The notes under the pieces are model-generated. The model was given only the letters and a program-made list of their open reading frames with translations, did no database searches and was not told the DNA's origin. A stretch of 44,639 nucleotides of DNA, the filler included, from Catajapyx aquilonaris (taxonomy: Eukaryota): the NCBI GenBank assembly GCA_000934665.2. It is 2 parts of 2 records of this genome, joined end to end, with 100 filler letters (N's around TTAATTAATTAA, not from the genome) between each part and the next. Parts side by side here need not be neighbours in the genome. Positions count along the whole stretch, not along the records: positions 22,380 to 44,639 come from JYFJ02005887.1; 1 more part is not named here. One strand, 5' to 3'. The stretch's first letter is position 1, and each line of letters begins with the position of its first letter. A program made the translations under genes and the position numbers. Positions 36,973 through 44,639 of the stretch are shown in pieces.

Positions 36973-37713
36973 CCTGTAATTCTTGGGCGTTTTCTTGCGG
37001 ACATATCCTGGTCTTCACTCAACTGGGAATGTCCTGCCACACGCTTCACTGCAAGGAAAATTAAGTCTTACAGGTGAAGTACAGCTAACTTGTAAGTATG
37101 ACTGCGAAAGTACCCTAACTCTCAGTATGTATATTAGCTCGTTTAGATGCTCTGTAGACATAATTATGAGAGCCTATACACCAAAGACCTTTTAATAAAA
37201 TCAAGTACTTTCGGAAGCTTACAGGCATCAGTATGTGCCTATTTAGGTAAAGTGCTGGGCTGGAAATTTGGTTAGCTACCTGCACTGATTCGTGTTCCTG
37301 GAGTAGGCATCATCTGCACGTTTGGCATGGTCCCTGTAGTTCTTAAGCGTTTTCTTGCTGGCATATCCTGGTCTTCACTCGACTTGGTGTTTCCTGCCGC
37401 ACGCTTCACTGCAAGAAAAATTAAGTGTTATGGATGAAGTACAGCTAAGTATGAAAGGAAAAATATCGAAACTCACAGTATGTAGGCTATACAAGTATTA
37501 TAGCTTATATAACTTAATGTGGATACTCAGTAGACATAATAATCAGAGGCTACATCAAAGACCTTTTAGACTATACTACATAGACTATCAAGTCCTTGAC
37601 CTGGAAGCTTACAGGCAGTATGTGACTATTTTAGTAAGGTGAACTGGAAATTTGGGTATACCTGCATATATTCGTGTTTCTGGAGTTGGCATCATCTGCA
37701 CTCCTGGCATGGT
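36973..37713. repeat. ~360-380-bp diverged tandem duplication spanning exon-intron-exon
   Basis: CCTGTAATTCTTGGGCGTTTTCTTG (36973) vs CCTGTAGTTCTTAAGCGTTTTCTTG (37333); both units end GGCATCATCTGCAC...TGGCATGGT (~37330 and ~37713). Confidence 0.85.
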
Positions 37714-38005
37714 TTCATTTGAAATACACGACTCGGTGTTGACACATACAAAGTCATTTGCACAAGTTATGCCTGATTGGGGATAAAGTTCCTTTCTGGT
37801 TGTGACAGGTCCTTCTGGCATGACCTCATTACCATCTGACATGGTCACATCTGAAAATAATGTTTATAATATATTATGTATTAGAACAAGACCAGACATA
37901 ACCATCATAATTCCAAATTGCAACCTTCATTTTTTACTACTCAAGTTGCTAAATGGTATTTACATGTGAAGCACCCCCTTCTCAGGGTTCTGAGCAACAC
38001 TCTGA

Positions 38006-38882
38006 CAAGGGAAGTGTCTGTAGGGCCATCGGCCAATCGGCCCGAAAATGACACTAGGGGTAAATCGCAGGCCAGAAATTCATTGGTGAAAGTAAAAAGT
38101 CGCATTAGCCAAGCGTTTTCGAGATATGGGCGACTATAGGTGCCCGGCAAACCTGCTCGGTGACAATGGGGCGGCAGAAGAAATTGTAAACAGTCTTCGT
38201 GGCTCAGTCGGTACCGCGTCCGCGTCATGATCCGAAGTCTCCGCGTTCAAGTCCGCGGGAAGCGACTTTTTCCCCCCCTTCCTCTCTCGTCTCGGAGCAT
38301 CGTTTTCTTTTTCTTTCTTCCCCAACACCGTTTATCACCGCATATCTTCCCTTTTGCAATCAACAGGAATAAATAAACAGCTTGCTGGGAAGTGCATTAC
38401 TTTTTTCTTTTCTTCTGCCGATGCTTACCTACTCTCTCCATGGCTTCATATTCGGAAAAATGAATAGTCACAAGCTCAGTAAATAATAACTTATTCGTGT
38501 CCCTTCGTAATTATGTGTTTACGATGTACACGCGTTCATTTATGGTTGCGGTTTCATTGAGCAGTTATTGCGAGTTGACAAGGACACAAATGAGAGAAGC
38601 GAAATATCAACTTCAACCTGTTTGCAGTGTTGCTAAACACCCGGGAAGGGCGAAAATTATAAATATGCTACCGACTGAGCCACGAAGACTGTTTATAATT
38701 TCTTCTGCCGAATGCGCCCCATTGTCACCGAGCAGGTTTGCCGGGCACCTATAGTCGCCCATATCTCGAAAACGCTTGGCTAATGCGACTTTTTACTTTC
38801 ACCAATGAATTTCTGGACTGCGATTTACCCCTAGTGTCATTTTCGGGCCGATTGGCCGATGGCCCTACAGACACTTCCCTTG
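38006..38882. mobile_element. Non-autonomous element with ~210-bp TIRs in the THAP gene intron
   Basis: 38006-~38213 and ~38669-38882 are near-perfect reverse complements (CAAGGGAAGTGTCTGTAGGGCC...); 3-bp TSD TGA at 38003-38005 and 38883-38885. Confidence 0.88.
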
Positions 38883-39984
38883 TGAGTTAATCTACAGTGG
38901 CTAGTGATATACATTTCAGCCCCTAAATATTGCCCTCATTTTGTTATGTATTTTAATGCCATTATTCAGATAATATCCAGACTCGTAGCTGCTCACATAA
39001 AATGTCAGTTCCAATTGAAATATATTACATATTTACTTATTACTTTCTTTGTACGTTGCGGAGAAACTACATGGAACAGCATTCTCTTTCAGCAGTTTCC
39101 TGATACCACTCGAAAACTTGATTGTTTCGGGTGAGAAGTGTAGCTCACAGAGCCTGTAGCTTCGATAGGAAGCAGTGGTCATAGGCAGGTCATCCCTTCC
39201 CGCGAGCCGGCACCACTCTTTGAAGAGCTGTGGCTCCTTCGGGAATTTAAAGAATGTGATTCCCGCTCTGCTTCGCGAACAGCAGTAGCGGGCGGCACAC
39301 AATAACCTGGTCATACCGGCGAAAAAACTCGATCCGAGGACAGACACAGAGAACAGATTACTACACCTGTGTATGTGTTTAATGGAACGTGAACAGAGGT
39401 TGTTGACCCCGGCCACCCCGGCAACCAGCAACAAATTACCCGCTACAGGGTGGCAAGCTGCGTCGAATATCAGTTTCGAGTCCAAAATTAGTGCCTTAAC
39501 CGCATACGACCTCATATTGGTCAGTTTTTAGATTTATAACTCTTAATTATGTGCCTCTTGATATTAAATCAACACAGTTTATTGAAATTCCTCTCGACAG
39601 CACTCGACGGTGCCGCCTAGTGGCGCCGCGTAGTGGTCGGTAGCCAAACACGTTGACTAAACAACTGGCCAAAAAGTGGCGACGCTTGGAAACCGTTTTT
39701 TCCACTCTTCCTAGTATTAAGCTCTTTGGACCGGCCCTGTAAGCACATACGCACTATTTAAATTTAATTACTGGTAATTTTATTCTTGCAGACAAAGTGT
39801 AAATAACAGTGAAGTAAATTTTTCTCTTTCAAAAATAGATGCCACATTTTGACAATTATGGGACATAATCGTCATCCACACTGTCGGTGTCACTGTTGCT
39901 AACAGGGTTGACACCATTGTTGATCATCTCTTCAGTCTCCGATTCCTCCGAATCCTCAACATCCTCACCACTCAACTCTGACGG

Positions 39985-40957
39985 CTAATACAGAGACTCA
40001 TCATCTTCAATCTCCTCGTCATTCTCATCATCATCAGTTTCATCATCATCAGTCTCCTCAGTTTCATCTTCTGAGTCTGTGAGACCCCTGAAGTAAAATG
40101 GATTCTGAGCTTCCATCACATTTTCCTGTGGAACACGCTCCCGCAGGGTCATGGCCAGAGGTGGAATAGGCTTTCGGACACTCTGACGTTTGTTGGTGAC
40201 CCTTCCAGGGTTCTTCACTTTTGCAGTCTTCTTCACTGCCTCCTTAACAGGAGCCTTCTTCCTACCTCCAGATGGTGCCTGTTTCGGCGTCTGACCTCTA
40301 ACCTTCAGCCTAGCTTGAAGCCTGCGAGCATGTCCAGACATGACCCGTTTGTCGTTCAGCATGTCAAACGCCCCACTCCTGCACAGCTCCTCATACAACG
40401 GCTGCAAATCATATAATTAGTGTCTGAACAGTGAACAGACAAGTTGCCAACAATAATTACCCCTTCAGGACCAGTAGGGACCACGAAGTATTCCGGGTGG
40501 GCTATTGCCTTCCGACGGTACGCCTCCACACTATTGGCAGGAAGTCGGTCCCATCTCTGTATCGATATGGCAATCCATTCATCAGGGTTGCCCTTCTTGA
40601 ACTCGGACGAAATAGTCTAACAATGAACATGTTGCCATAAGAACAATCCTAACAATGTAACAATGGATCGAACGATTTTTGAACACTTACAGGCCTGATA
40701 TCGGTGTAGTACAGGACGAACTCTGGTGTGATCGTATGACCCTTATGACAATTGGTCTCCCACACTGCCCTCTGCCTCTCAACCTTCTCTATGTTGACGT
40801 CAGCTTTCCTCTCCCAGTAAGTCCTCACATCCGGGTCCATATTCTTCCAACTGTTATTGGCCATTTTAGCCCCATCCACATCCTTCTCTCCGGTTCGAAG
40901 GGCACGAATGTCCAGCCTGTCCTTCAGCACAGCTTCGTACAAGGTAAATCCGTCCAT
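39985..40957 (-). CDS. Divergent tandem HMG-box protein with basic linker and acidic tail, 3 exons, ~279 aa (~322 aa if the TAG at 39985-39987 is read through)
   Basis: Exons 40957-40691, 40616-40461, 40401-39985 (phase 0, GT-AG, introns 74 and 59 nt). Box 1: FTLY...AKMANNSWKNMDPDVRTYWERKA. Box 2, formed across intron 1: FVLYYTDIRPTISSEF...IQRWDRLPANSVEAYRRKA. AATAAA on the minus strand at 39784-39779. Confidence 0.7.
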
Positions 40958-41389
40958 CTTATGTCCTCACAGACTTGGTGTACAGAAAGTAGAGCGTTAC
41001 AAATACACGTCTAAACTTGACTGATGCGAATGCCTGAATGAACTGTCAACAAACTAGTTGGCTTGACACTAACTTGACACTGATTGACCGGTTCACCTGG
41101 CAACCACCAAATTGTTACGGTAAAAATGGATATTTTCTCGGCCCATACATGCAATGTACAATACGCTCATAAGTAAAGACCGCGAGAGCTAAGCATATCC
41201 CACAGCTAAACACTATAAAGTGACCTTGCAACCTGTCTAGGGTAAACACCACCCTTCCTTTGTCACTCTCAACAAAATTGTATTTTCTTCTAGCCTGAGC
41301 AGCATCTAGCAACCTTCTGTGTTCCAGCAACCTCTCATTCTTCACATTAAGTCCGATGCTGTAGAATATATGATTCCAATAGTTCCAAT

Positions 41390-43151
41390 GGGGAAGTAGC
41401 CTTCATTTTGGAAACTACATAATAAATTCGCCCATTTTTTTGGATTTTTTTGGCATATTCCGTTTTAAGATATCAGTTTCAGTTCCGGAGTAATTGGGGT
41501 TTTTATGTAGGCTAATGGTGACGTCACTGTCAGCCTAGAAAATGTTGACGTCACGCGAAGTGAAATGAACGCAAAAATGGTGTTATAGAACGCGCCCCGT
41601 AATTGTTGTAAAATGCTTCGCTGTTGTTAGCAACCGTCCCATTCCGTGAGCAAGATAGCGGCCGGGGCGCGTATTTATTCCAGGCCGCTCCAGTCGCTTC
41701 TGGGCTGACAGTGGTGCCAAATGGTAGGAATTATCTCCCAGCTAACACAAATTGCTCCCAAGGATGTGCACAGGACGTCCAAACGTCCCAGCCGAACATC
41801 CCTGGTTCATCCCATTGTCATCCCAAATTTTTCTAGGGACGTCCCTGGGATGCCAAAATGTCACACGTTTCAATCTCCCATGGTCATCCACATGAGGTCC
41901 TCGTGGGGCCTACGCAGGACCCTCCTGGGATGTACCAGGGCCATCTCATGCATATCCCTCCTCGCCCTATAACCCCCCCCCCCCCTTCACGTCTCCCCCT
42001 TTCCATTCCACCCCCCGTCAAAAATCAAGATGTAATATAATTATATCTCTGCTGGTTAATTTAGATTCTGTTTATTACTCTTCTCATTACATTGATATGA
42101 TTATAAGTTATTTATACATCGGCATAATAAGTGCTGGAAGGAACATCACTTTGTCATCCACTAATATAAAGTCTGTTGCAATTAGATTGCAGGTGATGAT
42201 GAGTCTTTCGTTCGTCTCTCCTTCGCATGGTGTAGCCACCCTGCCATTGCTACTTCAATGTCTTTGTCACGTTTATCCCAATTCTAGTTGCATGCATCTT
42301 GACTGCATCTGAAAATGGCATACGAACATGTTGCTACAAAACCACATTGGTCAGTTTATATGCTTGTCCGCCGGTTGTATGTATCTTACCTTTTTTTTTA
42401 AAGGCAGTGGCGGCTGATTATTCCAGTCAATGGATTTGCTTATAAGAATAAGAGGCAGGACGACTCCGACGAGCATGAGATGCTTCCAGCCACTACGCCA
42501 TATCTTGCAGGCTTCGAAATGACGACTGCACTTGTAAACCTCCTCTTGCGCAATACCTCTTCACTCCCCCGCCCGCCCGCGCCCCTCTGAATGGATGGGG
42601 CCAATCCTCGCGCATAATTCCATCAGTGGGGAATCCCCTCTAGCGAACTAAAAAAACAGTGAAGTCCTGCCCATATCCTTGGGAGCTCCTGACAGTGAGG
42701 GCCATGATAAGTCCAACAGTTCACATCCCTGGGACATCCTATTTTGGACCCAAATGTCCGGGATGTTTCTGGGATGAATGGGACAAAAGTGGGACGTCCC
42801 TGGGATGTCTTGTGTTACCTGGGCTGTCACCCGAATTCGGCACATGAAGGCCCCCTTTCTCCACCTCGATGGCCTACAGCCGCCTTGCGAATGCTTTCCG
42901 TCGTGTCTGCGGTTAATTCAAAGTCAAATTCCTCATATCTCGCAGTCAACCAGGCATTTCAGTGTACCCTTTCGATTGGCACCACCCGGCTGCCCCGTTT
43001 TTCCCGCCAATTTTGAAGGCACTTTTAAATGTGCCGTAATTTATCCAGTAATGTCATTTTGATGCAACAAAGTGATGGAATGTATGTTTACAGGCATGGG
43101 CTAGCTAGTTATGAACAAAAATCCCAAATCCCAGACCAAGGCTACTTCCCC
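41390..43151. mobile_element. TIR DNA transposon (non-autonomous, AT TSD, possibly ISL2EU-like) inserted in the IR coding sequence
   Basis: TIRs GGGGAAGTAGCCTT / AAGGCTACTTCCCC; AT at 41388-41389 and 43152-43153; removal restores the IR frame. Confidence 0.85.
41737..42823. mobile_element. Non-autonomous EnSpm/CACTA-like (CCCAG-type) element nested in the previous element
   Basis: TIRs CCCAGCTAACACAA / TTGTGTTACCTGGG; 2-bp TSD CT (41735-41736, 42824-42825); many subterminal GGGAYGTCC-type repeats at both ends. Confidence 0.8.
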
Positions 43152-44639
43152 ATTGTCATAGTAGATAGTCCCTTTTAGAAGAACATCAGAGTAATAAATT
43201 AAAACAAAGTAATCATTAGATTTGAAAACTTTGCCCTGGCAATACGGATCTAACTTCTTCATAGCACGTTTTAGTGACAACGGGGTTTCCATGCAAACAC
43301 TGTCTTCAGTGGGGACATTTCTGAAGCACTGCTTCCCGGTTTCTACTGTTTCTATTCGCTTGTACGTGCTCTCGTAAATGTCATGCTCTTTGAACTCCAT
43401 GGGAGCAATCAGCACTAGATATAATTCTCGGGTCATTTTTATAGCAAACTCAGAATTTGCCAATTCTTTGAAATTTTTCGGGATCTCCTCCAATGGAGGG
43501 GTAGTTAGGAAAGTGTAGAGTTTGGCGCAATACACTGTTGTAATGATCATAGAAAAGTATATTATCCAAGTCATGGCCACAACCTTTGAGGCCGATGGAC
43601 CAGGAAATGGTGCGCTTTCTTCTAAGGTAACTTTTATAAGGTAATTTAGGTGAGCAAATAACGATCCAGGTTGTCCAGGACTGTCCTGGACAAACATTCC
43701 ATGATGAAGTTTAGCAATAATCACTAATGCTACACAGGACACGAACAATGAAGCAACAATCATGCTCCAAGTACCTGGAGTGAACGGATAAAGAGTGATG
43801 AGTGCGCTGATGTCTGGTCGTGGTGTCCGTGCCAAGAAGGTCACTTTGCTGTTGTGATACGGCGCCATTAGGTCACCCACTGCATTGATCATATCAATTA
43901 CTGGAAAACCTATGAAAAAATTCAGTTTTCCGTCGAGTACGTCTCGTACGTACAACCAGACCTAGTGCTGTCAAGTTGTCTAATAAGCCAGTCATGTCAA
44001 ATTCAGATTGATGCCAGGTGAAGTTGAGTGCTTTTCCGATAAAACACAACGGATTTTCTACTCTAGAAGTGTTACCGCAATTTTTTGAACTATCTTCATC
44101 GCTATATAGAGATTTCAATAACTTTCCATGCAGATTATTGGAAGTGTCCTTGAAAAGTTGTCGACACGAAATGTGAGAAATGTACGACGGTATTGCCACT
44201 GATTCGATAACTGTCATATACTGCCGCCTAGCGAGTAATTGTAGCAAGACTGCCTCCTAGCGGGAGGATGTAATAACACTCAGTCTGGAATAGAGAGCTA
44301 GTGCGACCAGACGTTGCTTGTTGTTCCTGTCCCCCAAACCCCGTACCTTGATACGTAACAGTGGCGACGAGAAGCGGAACGTGTACCCCCGGTTACACCG
44401 TGTTGTACTGCACTGTTGCAGTGCCCTGGAACCCGTTTTCCTGCACTGGAACCTGGTTGGTGGACCCTGTTAGCTAGGCCTAGCCACGTGGCGGTGGAAC
44501 AAAGGAACATTGTGAGTGTGCCAGACTGATTGTGAGACTTGATGTGCCGGTCAGGGGGGACAGCGTTGTGTGTCGGCATGGCGGCGGCATTGTTCGGTGC
44601 TATTGAGCATTTCGCACCGTCCCAACCTCAAGCTTGGAA

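Larger units (their letters stand above)
36973..39314 (-). pseudogene. THAP-domain transposase N-terminal part (P-element/THAP9-like), truncated
   Basis: Exon 39314-~39044 encodes a THAP C2CH finger (CAARYC, FFKFPKE, W, LCELHF, AVP). Further phase-1 exons at ~37850-37660, ~37409-37280 and ~37049-36973. No catalytic domain is seen downstream. Confidence 0.72.
41115..44247 (-). pseudogene. Divergent, apparently intronless ionotropic receptor (IR) pseudogene; 5' end undefined
   Basis: IR hallmarks: TFLARTPRP..LYPFTPGTW (pre-M1/M1), VAMTWIIYFSMIITTVYCAKLYTFLTTPP...NFKELANS (M2/S2), FTLDRLQGHFIVFSCGICLALAVFTYE (last TM). Disrupted by a frameshift at ~43950 and an insertion at 41390-43151. Confidence 0.85.

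Noticed and set aside
40958..40962. ATAAG (baculovirus late promoter motif) directly before the HMG-gene ATG
   Set aside because: A 5-mer expected by chance; the gene has introns and no viral genes are nearby.
44298..44579. 93-aa ORF upstream of the IR
   Set aside because: No recognisable motifs; CpG-rich, probably repeat-derived sequence at the window edge.

Overview
Intron-rich eukaryotic genomic DNA, most likely arthropod (inferred from a divergent ionotropic receptor and gene style). A 100-nt artificial spacer (N44-TTAATTAATTAA-N44, 22280-22379) splits the window. Left of it: a complete FRMD5/FRMD3-like FERM gene (minus strand, 12 exons including a 15-nt microexon), a small 6-exon orphan gene missed by the ORF track (plus strand, about 116 aa), and the first ~1520 codons of spatacsin (SPG11). 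Right of it: the 3' exons of a neurabin/spinophilin gene, a truncated THAP-headed P-element-like transposon with an internal exon duplication, a divergent tandem-HMG-box gene whose acidic tail continues past an in-frame TAG, and an ionotropic-receptor pseudogene broken by a 4-bp duplication and a nested transposon insertion. Introns carry many non-autonomous elements (tRNA-SINEs, Tc1/mariner-, piggyBac-, Harbinger-, EnSpm- and AT-target-type elements, Helitron and mariner remnants). All exon models were read by eye from GT/AG sites and frame continuity; no database search was run. No prokaryotic system or CRISPR array is evident.
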